Below, piece after piece: positions 18,470 through 27,366 of a stretch of 64,000 bases of DNA. How positions within the stretch are numbered: position 1 is the first letter of the stretch; every line of letters starts with the position of its first letter. A model generated the notes under the pieces. It made no database searches. It was not told where the DNA came from and saw only the letters and a program-made list of their open reading frames with translations. The translations under genes and the position numbers were made by a program. Origin of the DNA: Betaproteobacteria bacterium (GTDB lineage Bacteria > Pseudomonadota > Gammaproteobacteria > Burkholderiales > Burkholderiaceae); assembly GCA_009927445.1 (NCBI GenBank), contig RFMZ01000285.1, forward strand, positions 4,907 through 68,906, read 5' to 3'.

Positions 18470-20746
18470 TTAAATCGCTTGTGCAATTTCTGCGGCATGC
18501 CTTGCTTGGGCTTGGTAGAGTTGATAGTATGCTCCTTGTGCGCTCATTAACTCGTCATGATTGCCAACTTCCACGATTTCGCCTTTATCTAATACGATGA
18601 GTCGGTCTGCTTTTCTCAGCGTTGACAAGCGATGTGCAATGGCTAAGGTGGTTCTACCTTGCACTAAATTGTCGAGGGCTTTTTGAATTTCTTTTTCGGT
18701 AGTTGTATCGACTGAGGAGGTGGCTTCGTCAAGGATTAAGATTTTAGGATCAATGAGTAGGGCTCTAGCGATGGAGATGCGCTGTCTTTCTCCACCCGAT
18801 AATGACTGTCCGCGCTCACCCACTAGAGAGTCATAGCCGAGTGGGAGGCGAAGGATAAACTCGTGGGCATTAGCGGCTTTTGCTGCTTGGATAACTTCTT
18901 CCTTGGTCGCAGTCGGTTTGCCATAGGCGATATTATCCGCAATCGTGCCAAAAAATAAAAAGGGTTCTTGGAGGACCATTCCAAATTGTTGGCGAAGCTC
19001 GGAGATAGCAATCGATCTGACATCCACGCCATCGATTTTGACTGAGCCATCGCTGACATCGTAGAAGCGGCAAATCAGGTTCACCAAGGTACTTTTCCCC
19101 GATCCACTATGGCCAACAAGGCCAATCATTTCGCCGGGTGCGATACTGAGCGTTATATTTTTCGTGACAGCGCGGTTGCCATAGCGAAAACCAACTTGAC
19201 TCAGCTCAATTTTTCCGCGCACGGGTTGGGTCATTGGCGTTGGGTTTGGAGTATCTGGCACACTGGATTGGTGGTCTAAGATATCGAAGATCCGTTTAGC
19301 TCCCGCGGCCGCTTTTTGGGTATGTGAGACGATCCGACTCATCGAGTCCATCCGCCCATAAAACCGACTGATATAAGCTAAAAAAGCCGTTAGTACACCA
19401 ACGGTTATTGTGTCATGCGCAACTTGATAGATCCCAAAGGCCCAAACGACTAAAAGTCCAACCTCTGTCAAAAGAGTGACGGTTGGGGCGAATGAGGACC
19501 AAATTCGATTGACACGATCATTGACTTCCAGATTACGTTGGTTGGCTAGAATAAAGCGGTTGTTTTCACGGTCCTCTTGGGCAAAGGCTTTAACTACGCG
19601 AATTCCGGGGATTGTATCGGATAGAACATTATTGACCTCAGACCAGTTACGGTCGACTTTTTCAAAGCCAAAGCGCAATTTGTCACGGACAAAATGAATC
19701 ATCCAAGCGATGAATGGCAGAGGCAGGAGGGTAACGGCAGCTAGGAGTGGATCAATACTAATGAGAATGACTGCGGTCATCAAGAGCATGAGCATATCAG
19801 TAAAAAAATCCAATAGATGTAACGACAAGAAAATACAGATCCGGTCTGTTTCATTGCCTATTCGAGTCATTAGGTCACCAGTTCTTTTCGCCCCGAAATA
19901 CTCTAGTGATAGATGCAAGAGGTGTTGAAATGTTTTGGTGCGAAGCTCCATACCTATCCGTTCACTAACCAGTGCCAAGATATATGTTTTCCACCAGCCA
20001 AGTCCCCAGGCACAGGATGCGGCAAGGAGTAGACCCGCAAGGTAGATACCTGCTAGTTCAAAGTCCATGACTTGGGTTTTTTGAAAAGGAATGAGCACAT
20101 CATCCATGAGTGGCATGGTGATATACGGCGGCACTAAGGTCGCGCCAGTAGAGAGGAGGGTTAGGATAAAACCGAGGATTAATTCCTTTTTATACGGCTT
20201 GGCAAATCTCCAAAGCTTAAAGAGGGTAAGGGTCGATGGGGGGATTTCTGTTTCGGGATCACAATACAGGCATTTTTCTTGGTCTTGGGCAATAGGGTTT
20301 TGACAAATTTGGCAGGTAAGGTGTGGCCCAATTTTTTCAAAGTCGAGTCGAATACTCAAGTCAAGTTGAGATAGCAGAACTGTACAGTTTTCCTTAAATT
20401 GGGTAATTGAGGGGTTTAGAGCAAGGGTGTGATGCCAAGCTTGAATACGGCCTTGTGGGCTCATTATTGTAAGGTGCCCAACACCGGCATGATCAGAATG
20501 TTGGAAATAAGCTCCAGGGGGGATCTGCCAAGTACCCTCTAGATGGCCGGACTCATGAATTTGATCGATGCGTGCAAAATCATGGGAGGTCTTTTCAGAG
20601 AGGATGAGGAGTGATTTTGCGAAGTGGAGTCGTTGGTTTAAATCGATTTCAACCCAAGTTGATAATGTGGATTCATGCGTTTTACACAATGCTTGCACTG
20701 CAGGATTTGATTGCCAGCGTTGGGGGAGCTGTATAGTAGAGATCAT
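18470..20746 (-). CDS. ABC exporter (fused TMD+NBD) with an extra ~170-aa N-terminal domain ending in CxxC-x10-CxxC
   Basis: Walker A GHSGSGKST, signature LSGGERQR, LILDEATS, H-loop IAHRL; six-TM exporter domain. Confidence 0.92.
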   Translation of the reverse strand: MISTIQLPQRWQSNPAVQALCKTHESTLSTWVEIDLNQRLHFAKSLLILSEKTSHDFARIDQIHESGHLEGTWQIPPGAYFQHSDHAGVGHLTIMSPQGRIQAWHHTLALNPSITQFKENCTVLLSQLDLSIRLDFEKIGPHLTCQICQNPIAQDQEKCLYCDPETEIPPSTLTLFKLWRFAKPYKKELILGFILTLLSTGATLVPPYITMPLMDDVLIPFQKTQVMDFELAGIYLAGLLLAASCAWGLGWWKTYILALVSERIGMELRTKTFQHLLHLSLEYFGAKRTGDLMTRIGNETDRICIFLSLHLLDFFTDMLMLLMTAVILISIDPLLAAVTLLPLPFIAWMIHFVRDKLRFGFEKVDRNWSEVNNVLSDTIPGIRVVKAFAQEDRENNRFILANQRNLEVNDRVNRIWSSFAPTVTLLTEVGLLVVWAFGIYQVAHDTITVGVLTAFLAYISRFYGRMDSMSRIVSHTQKAAAGAKRIFDILDHQSSVPDTPNPTPMTQPVRGKIELSQVGFRYGNRAVTKNITLSIAPGEMIGLVGHSGSGKSTLVNLICRFYDVSDGSVKIDGVDVRSIAISELRQQFGMVLQEPFLFFGTIADNIAYGKPTATKEEVIQAAKAANAHEFILRLPLGYDSLVGERGQSLSGGERQRISIARALLIDPKILILDEATSSVDTTTEKEIQKALDNLVQGRTTLAIAHRLSTLRKADRLIVLDKGEIVEVGNHDELMSAQGAYYQLYQAQARHAAEIAQAI

Positions 20747-20972
20747 TTGGCTTGAAAGAGTTTCATCGAAAAAGTATAGTGCAGACCTACCAACTTCTCC
20801 TAATTCATCTCAGATGCTTTAAAAAGGCCGTCGATTCGGGCAAATTAACGCCCTTTCAGATTGATATATTTGTCAACTTTTTTAATTAAAAAGAGTTAAG
20901 TAGTTATTACTCCTATGATTTCATATTTCTGGCCAATTTCACTTTTCAACTTCTGCGCTAAATCGTCACAAA

Positions 20973-23156
20973 ATGTCCCAACTTTTAGATAAAACTATCA
21001 AAATACTTCAAATGAAGCATATTCGGGGGCCGAACATGTGGTGTTGGGTCGAAGTTGTAGAGGCTTGGATAGATATTGGCGATTTAGAAGACTATCCTTC
21101 AGATAAGATTCCTGGTTTTTATGATCGGCTCGTGCAGGCCATGCCCTCTTTAATTGAACATCGTTGTAGTTATGAGGAGCGTGGTGGATTTTTGAAGCGG
21201 GTGGAAGAGGGAACTTGGCCTGTTCACATCATGGAACACCTGACACTTGAGTTACAGGGCTTAGCCGGTTTTGAAGGAGGTTTTGGTCGGGCGCGGGAAA
21301 CAAATGATCGAGGAATTTATAAGTTGATTGTGGCCTCACCGCATGTGCAGGTAACGCAGCAAGCGATCGAAGATGCCAAAGGGTTGTTGCTAGCTCTCAT
21401 CCAGGATCAGCCTTTTGATTTAAAGCCAGTCATAGATAATTTGCGAGAAATGATTGATGACTTATGTTTGGGGCCAAGTACGAGTTGTATTGTGCAGGCG
21501 GGCCATCAACAATCGATTCCGATGATTCGTTTATCCAAGGGTAACTTGGTGCAATTGGGTTATGGCGCTCGTCAAAAACGGATCTGGACTGCAGAAACAT
21601 CACAAACCAGCGCCATTGCTGAGACTATTTCACGGGATAAGGACTTAACAAAAACGCTCTTAGCGTCGGTTGGACTTCCTGTACCTGAAGGACAGTTGGT
21701 TGAGAGTGGGCTGCAGGCCTGGGAAGTTGCTCATGAAATCGGCTTACCAGTTGTGGTCAAGCCGCAAGATGGCAATCATGGTCGCGGAGTGTTTACAAAC
21801 TTACAATTCCAAGATGAAATTTTAGCGGCCTACGAAATAGCTAAAAATGAAGGAAGTGGCGTTCTAGTTGAAAAGTTTATTTTAGGAGACGAGCACCGTT
21901 TATTAGTAGTTGGCGATCACTTAGTGGCAGCTGCGAAGGGTGAGGCTTGCCGAGTAAAGGGTGACGGCCAACATACTATTTTAGAATTAATTGAGATTCA
22001 AATTAACTCTGACCCAAGACGAGGTACTACAGAGGATTACCCATTAAATCCTGTTCGGATTGATTCAATTGCCTTACTAGAACTGAAGGGGCAAGGTTTT
22101 GAGCCAAGCAGTATTCCGGCGTTCAATCATGAAGTTTTAATTCAGCGTAATGGTAATGTAGCTTTTGATGTAACAGACTTAGTGCATCCTTCGGTTGCTA
22201 AGCGGGTTGTTTTGGCTGCAAAAGTAGTTGGGTTAGACATTGCGGGTGTTGATTTGGTTGCAATGGATATATCTAGACCGCTCGAGGAGCAGGGGGCTGC
22301 GATTGTTGAAGTAAATGCTGGCCCTGGTTTATTAATGCATTTAAAGCCGGCTAAGGGTAAGCCTAGAGAAGTTGGTGAAGCGATCATTCGACATTTATTT
22401 CCGCAAGAAGATAATGGGCGTATTCCTATCATCGGGGTCAGTGGTAGTCGGGGAGCTGATGAAGTTGCACAAATCTGCGCTTACTTTTTTAACCTGGCCA
22501 ACCACTATGTTGGACTATCCTGTAAAAGGGGCTTATTTTTAAATCAAAGAATGGTGGAGGCCTCTAGAACCTCAGAATGGGATATTGGTAAACGTATTTT
22601 ATTAAGTCCAATGGTGAGCGCGGCAGTCTTAGAAACTACTGGAAAAAGTATTATCAATGAGGGTATGTCATATGACTTATGTCAAATTAGCATTGTTACG
22701 AATGTTGATCAGACCATTTTATTTCCTGAGGACTCGATCACTGAGGTCCGCCAACTTTTTTCTGTCTATAGGTCGCAGGTTGATGTTTTGCTACCAGGGC
22801 TTGGGGTTGCGATTCTTAACGGTGAGGATGAATTAGTCGTAGAGATGGCCGAGATCAATCCAGGCGCAGAAACCATTTTTTACGGGCTAGAGTTGTCTAG
22901 TCCATTCGTCATAGAGCATATTCAAAAAAACGGTAAGTCGGTTCAGGTCAAGGATAACAGTATCCTTTTGATGCAAGGTTCACAGGAGTTAGAGCGATTT
23001 GATTTGCAAAATTCAAGGTATTTAAAAGACCAGCAAAATACGAATCGCTTGTTGAATTTGATGGCTGGGGTGGGAGCTGCTTGGGCATCACATTTACCGA
23101 TGTCGACAATTGAGGTTGGGGTGAATTCATTTGCTCAAGAAGAGGTGGAGGCTTAA
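20973..23156 (+). CDS. Cyanophycin synthetase paralogue (CphA'-like): intact N domain and ATP-grasp, degenerate and shortened Mur-ligase domain
   Basis: IRGPNMW, HIMEHLTLELQ, CLGPST, VVVKPQDGNHGRGV and EVNAGPGL are present. The Mur P-loop reads VSGSRGAD instead of (T/S)GTNGKTT. Confidence 0.88.
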   Translation: MSQLLDKTIKILQMKHIRGPNMWCWVEVVEAWIDIGDLEDYPSDKIPGFYDRLVQAMPSLIEHRCSYEERGGFLKRVEEGTWPVHIMEHLTLELQGLAGFEGGFGRARETNDRGIYKLIVASPHVQVTQQAIEDAKGLLLALIQDQPFDLKPVIDNLREMIDDLCLGPSTSCIVQAGHQQSIPMIRLSKGNLVQLGYGARQKRIWTAETSQTSAIAETISRDKDLTKTLLASVGLPVPEGQLVESGLQAWEVAHEIGLPVVVKPQDGNHGRGVFTNLQFQDEILAAYEIAKNEGSGVLVEKFILGDEHRLLVVGDHLVAAAKGEACRVKGDGQHTILELIEIQINSDPRRGTTEDYPLNPVRIDSIALLELKGQGFEPSSIPAFNHEVLIQRNGNVAFDVTDLVHPSVAKRVVLAAKVVGLDIAGVDLVAMDISRPLEEQGAAIVEVNAGPGLLMHLKPAKGKPREVGEAIIRHLFPQEDNGRIPIIGVSGSRGADEVAQICAYFFNLANHYVGLSCKRGLFLNQRMVEASRTSEWDIGKRILLSPMVSAAVLETTGKSIINEGMSYDLCQISIVTNVDQTILFPEDSITEVRQLFSVYRSQVDVLLPGLGVAILNGEDELVVEMAEINPGAETIFYGLELSSPFVIEHIQKNGKSVQVKDNSILLMQGSQELERFDLQNSRYLKDQQNTNRLLNLMAGVGAAWASHLPMSTIEVGVNSFAQEEVEA

Positions 23157-25726
23157 TTGGAAGCAAGACGAATACGCGCTTTGCGCGGCCCGAACTTGTG
23201 GAGTCGACATACGGCGATTGAGGCAATTATTTTTTGTACGCCAAATGAATACAGTATTGAGGGAATCGAAAATTTTGAGACGCGTTTACGGGCACTATTT
23301 CCTCAACTTCGTTTAATGCGAGTTGGTAGTTATAACGAGTTAATCTCTATCGCGCATGTGTTGGAGCATGTCGTTTTGGGTTTACAGGCGCAAGCTGGGT
23401 GCCCGGTGACATTTAGTCGGACGGTAAAAACGAATGAAGAGGGGATTTATCAAGTCATCGTTGAATATAGTGAGGAAGTTGTTGGTCGAAGAGCCTTTCA
23501 TTTCGCAACCGAATTAATCACAGCGGCGTTGCAGGATATATCTTTCGATTTAGAAAGTGCTCTCAAGGAGTTGGTCAATATCGATGAAGATGTTCGTTTG
23601 GGCCCAAGCACTGGTTCTATTGTGCAAGCCGCTGTCGAAAAAAATATTCCATATCGCCGATTAACCCAAGGGAGTATGGTGCAGTTTGGGTGGGGTAGTA
23701 AACAAAAACGGATACAGGCAGCTGAAACCAGTGATACTAGCGCTATTGCAGAATCAATTGCACAAGATAAAGAATTAACCAAAGAATTACTGCATGCGGC
23801 TGGCGTATCTGTGCCCATGGGGCAGGTGGTAGATAATCCTGACGATGCTTGGAGGGTTGCGCAAAGCCTAGGGAAATCGGTCGTTGTCAAACCTAAGGAT
23901 GGTAATCAGGGTAAAGGAGTAGCTGTCAATATTCATTTAGAAGAGCAAGTTCGGATGGCTTTTATTGTGGCCCAACAATATGGCTCTAAAGTGATTGTTG
24001 AAAGATATATGCCAGGGCAAGATTTTCGACTACTAGTAGTTGGCGATGCCTTAGTCGCAGCTGCTAGGAGAGATCCCCCGCAGGTGATTGGTGATGGGGT
24101 GCATTCTATCAAGGACTTAGTCGATCAAATCAATTTAGATCCTTTACGTGGTGATGGGCATGCCACGGCACTGACTAAAATTCGGCTGATGAAATAGCGC
24201 TAGCGACTTTAGTAAAACAGAATTTGACTATTGACTCGATTCCAATTCAAGGTGCGCGGGTAGTCCTTCGAAATAATGCGAATCTCAGCACCGGCGGCAG
24301 TGCGACTGATGTGACAGAGGATGTGCATCCCGATCTAGCTGCTAGCGCGGTAACAGCTGCCAAGATGGTTGGTTTAGATATTTGTGGTGTGGATGTCGTC
24401 TGCGAAGATATTTATAGACCTTTTGAGGATCAAGGTGGCGGGGTGGTGGAAGTCAATGCGGCTCCTGGATTAAGAATGCACTTAAACCCATCGTATGGGA
24501 AAACTAGGCCGGTAGGAGATGCGATTATTTCTTTGATGTTTCCGAATTCCGATAACGGTAGGATACCTGTCGTTACTGTTTCTGGCACAAATGGCAAGAC
24601 GACAACAGTACGGTTAATTGCCCATCTGTTGCAAGCCCATGGTCATCGGGTCGGAATGACAACGACGGATGGTATTTATATTGAAAATGAGCGGATCGAT
24701 AGTGGGGATTGCAGCGGGCCAAAAAGCGCTCGCAACGTGTTGATGCATCCTGAGGTGGATGCAGCAGTTTTTGAAACTGCCCGCGGGGGTATTTTGCGTG
24801 AGGGTTTAGGTTTTGATTTTTGTGATGTGGCGGTGATTACCAATATTGGTGAAGGTGATCATTTAGGGATGTCTTATATTGAGACCGTGGAGGAATTAGC
24901 ACAGGTCAAGAGTGTAATCGTGCGGAATGTTTCCCCAACTGGGGTAGCGGTTTTAAATGCAACAGATCCGATTGTAGTGAAGATGGCTAAATCTTGTAAA
25001 GGGGAAGTGATTTTCTTTGGAGGGCACGCACATCACCCGGTGATTTCTGCACATCGAGCCCAGGGTAAGCGGGTAATATTCAAAGATGGGGATCATTTGG
25101 CGGCCGCTGTTGGGAGTGTGGTGGTGCACCGCATTGCATTACAAGAAATTCCGATCACGCAGGCTGGTCAGATCGGATTTCAGGTCGAAAACGTCATGAG
25201 TTCGGTTGCTGCAGCATGGTCTTTGGGGGTTGCTTGGCAAGCGATTGATCTAGCTTTAAAGGATTTTGTCTGTGATGGGCAAAATGCGCCGGGTAGATTT
25301 AATTTATTCAAACATCGCGGTGCGACTGTGATTGCTGATTATGGGCATAATCCAGATGCTATACGGGCTTTAGTTCAGGCGACGAATTGCATGCCAGCAA
25401 AACGTCGGCATGTTGTCATCAGTGGCGCTGGTGATCGACGAGACGAAGATATTCGACAGCAAACAAAGATTTTAGGAGAGGCCTTTGATTCGGTCATTCT
25501 TTATCAAGACCAATGTCAACGAGGCCGGGCGGATGGAGAGGTCATTGCACTTTTAAAACAAGGCTTACAAGGCACGACAAAAGTTCGAGAAGTGCAAGAA
25601 ATTCGCGGTGAGTTTTTAGCTATTGATACTGCTTTAGATCAACTACAAGCCGATGATTTATGTTTGATTTTAATTGACCAGGTAGAGCAGTCTTTAGATT
25701 ATTTAAATAAAGTGACCCAGCCCTGA
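23157..25726 (+). pseudogene. cphA: Cyanophycin synthetase CphA, split by an apparent 1-nt deletion near 24187; may be a sequencing error
   Basis: TTG start after a GGAGG SD. ORF 23157-24197 and ORF 24224-25726 join as TKIRLDEIALATLVKQNLTIDS if one base is restored in ctgat. LGPSTGSI, KPKDGNQGKGV, EVNAAPGLRMH, VSGTNGKTTT, ETARGGILREGL and DYGHNP motifs. Confidence 0.9.
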
Positions 25727-25747
25727 TCATTTAATGGATTACATGTT

Positions 25748-25781
25748 TGTAGGAAACTTCTGATTATTCTGTAGGAAGTTT
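25748..25781. promoter_or_regulatory. Candidate transcription-factor site upstream of the permease-ald operon
   Basis: Direct repeat tgtaggaa at 25748 and 25770 (22-bp period), overlapping the inverted repeat aaacttc-N14-gaagttt (25754-25781). Confidence 0.4.
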
Positions 25782-25903
25782 GAGGCTTTTAAAAATAAGG
25801 GTATTGATTTGCAAGTAATTTAATTCCCCTTATCTTTTTTTTTCGATAAAACTAGCATTTTTGGTATTTTATGGGGCTATTCAACATTCCCATACTTTTT
25901 TAG

Positions 25904-25936
25904 ACTCCTATAGTCAATCCTGACTAATATAGGAGT
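25904..25936 (+). promoter_or_regulatory. Hairpin sequestering the Shine-Dalgarno sequence of the amino-acid permease
   Basis: actccta/taggagt (7 bp) plus tagtca/tgacta (6 bp); AGGAG at 25931-25935 is paired; GTG start at 25942. Confidence 0.6.
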
Positions 25937-25941
25937 AAACA

Positions 25942-27366
25942 GTGGAAACACATCAACTAGAATCCGGCGATCAAGCAAATTGTTCGACCTCAGAGCCACA
26001 TGCATTAAAGAGACATTTAAAAGCTAGGCATATTCGTTTAATGGCATTAGGCTCGACGATCGGTGTGGGCTTATTTTTAGGTTCTGGCACCGCTATTGCG
26101 CAAGCTGGACCGTCAATTCTCTTAGGCTATTTAATCGCCGGTTTAATGGCTTTTATCGTTTTAAGAGCTCTTGGTGAGATGGCTGTTCATAACCCAGTTG
26201 CTGGTTCTTTTGCTCAGTATGCGCATAGTTATATTAGCCCCTTAGCTGGTTATTTAGTTGGTTGGGGCTATTGGTTTTATTGGGTGATTGTTGGGATAGC
26301 AGAAGTCACTGCGGTTGGAATTTATATGAGTATGTGGTTTCCAGACATACCTCAGTGGCTTTGGGCAATTAGTTCATTGCTCTTTATGGGTGGATTAAAT
26401 TTTATTGCGGTGCGATTGTTTGGAGAGTTTGAATTTTGGTTTGCCTTAATTAAGGTGGTTGCAATTGTTGTCATGATTGGGATAGGTTTGGCAGTCATAT
26501 TTTTTGGACTTTCTAATGGCGGGGTGCCCCTTGGAATTGCTAATTTATGGCAACATGGCGGATTTTTCCCAACTGGGATTTCAGGTTTTTTATTGTCGAT
26601 ACAAATGGCTGTTTTTGCCTATGTTGGTATTGAGATGATTGGTTTATCTGCTGGCGAGACAGAAAATCCCGAAAAAACGATTCCTATTGCAATTGACTCA
26701 CTGATTGTTCGCATCTTAGTGTTTTATGGTGGTGCTTTATTTGTGATTCTATCGATCTATCCTTGGAATGAGGTCAGTGGCCAAGGTAGTCCATTTGTTG
26801 CTATGTTTGAAAGAATGGGATTACGAGAAGCTGCTGGGATTGTGAACTTTGTCGTGATTACTGCAGCCCTGTCCTCATGTAATGCCGGAATATTTAGTGG
26901 TGGTCGATTGTTATATGGCCTATCTTTAAACGGTTATGCGCCATTCAGAATGAAAAAATTATCGGCGGCAGGAGTTCCAATCCTAGCCATATTAGCAACA
27001 GTGAGTACAGCAATTTTTGGGGCATTCTTAAACTATTTTGTTCCCGAAAAGGCCTTTATTTGGGTGACATCAGCCGTCACGTTTATTGGCTTATTAGTGT
27101 GGGTAGCTATCTTAGTAACACAGTTGAAATTTAGAAAAAAACTGAGCAGTTTTCAAATCGCTCAGTTAAGTTACAAAAGCTGTGGCTTTCCGTATGCCTC
27201 TTATCTAGGCTTAGGTTTTATTGGGGCAGTATTTGTCATGATGTGTTTTTCATCAGAGACGAGGGTTGGTATATACGTTGGAATTCCAATCCTATTGCTA
27301 TTAATTTCAGTTTTTTATTTGTTTAGATTAAACCGTATTCAACATTCTCAACAGGAGCAAGCATGA
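25942..27366 (+). CDS. Amino-acid permease, APC/AAT family (CycA/ProY/AroP-like)
   Basis: RHIRLMALGSTIGVGLFLGSG, GEFEFWFALIKV, FAYVGIEMIG and NFVVITAALSSCNAG; 12 TM helices. Confidence 0.93.
   Translation: METHQLESGDQANCSTSEPHALKRHLKARHIRLMALGSTIGVGLFLGSGTAIAQAGPSILLGYLIAGLMAFIVLRALGEMAVHNPVAGSFAQYAHSYISPLAGYLVGWGYWFYWVIVGIAEVTAVGIYMSMWFPDIPQWLWAISSLLFMGGLNFIAVRLFGEFEFWFALIKVVAIVVMIGIGLAVIFFGLSNGGVPLGIANLWQHGGFFPTGISGFLLSIQMAVFAYVGIEMIGLSAGETENPEKTIPIAIDSLIVRILVFYGGALFVILSIYPWNEVSGQGSPFVAMFERMGLREAAGIVNFVVITAALSSCNAGIFSGGRLLYGLSLNGYAPFRMKKLSAAGVPILAILATVSTAIFGAFLNYFVPEKAFIWVTSAVTFIGLLVWVAILVTQLKFRKKLSSFQIAQLSYKSCGFPYASYLGLGFIGAVFVMMCFSSETRVGIYVGIPILLLLISVFYLFRLNRIQHSQQEQA

Noticed and set aside
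20861-20876. FNR box in the ABC/cphA divergent region (ttgat-N6-gtcaa)
   Set aside because: Spacer is 6 nt rather than 4, and no well-spaced -10 accompanies the TTGACA on the minus strand.
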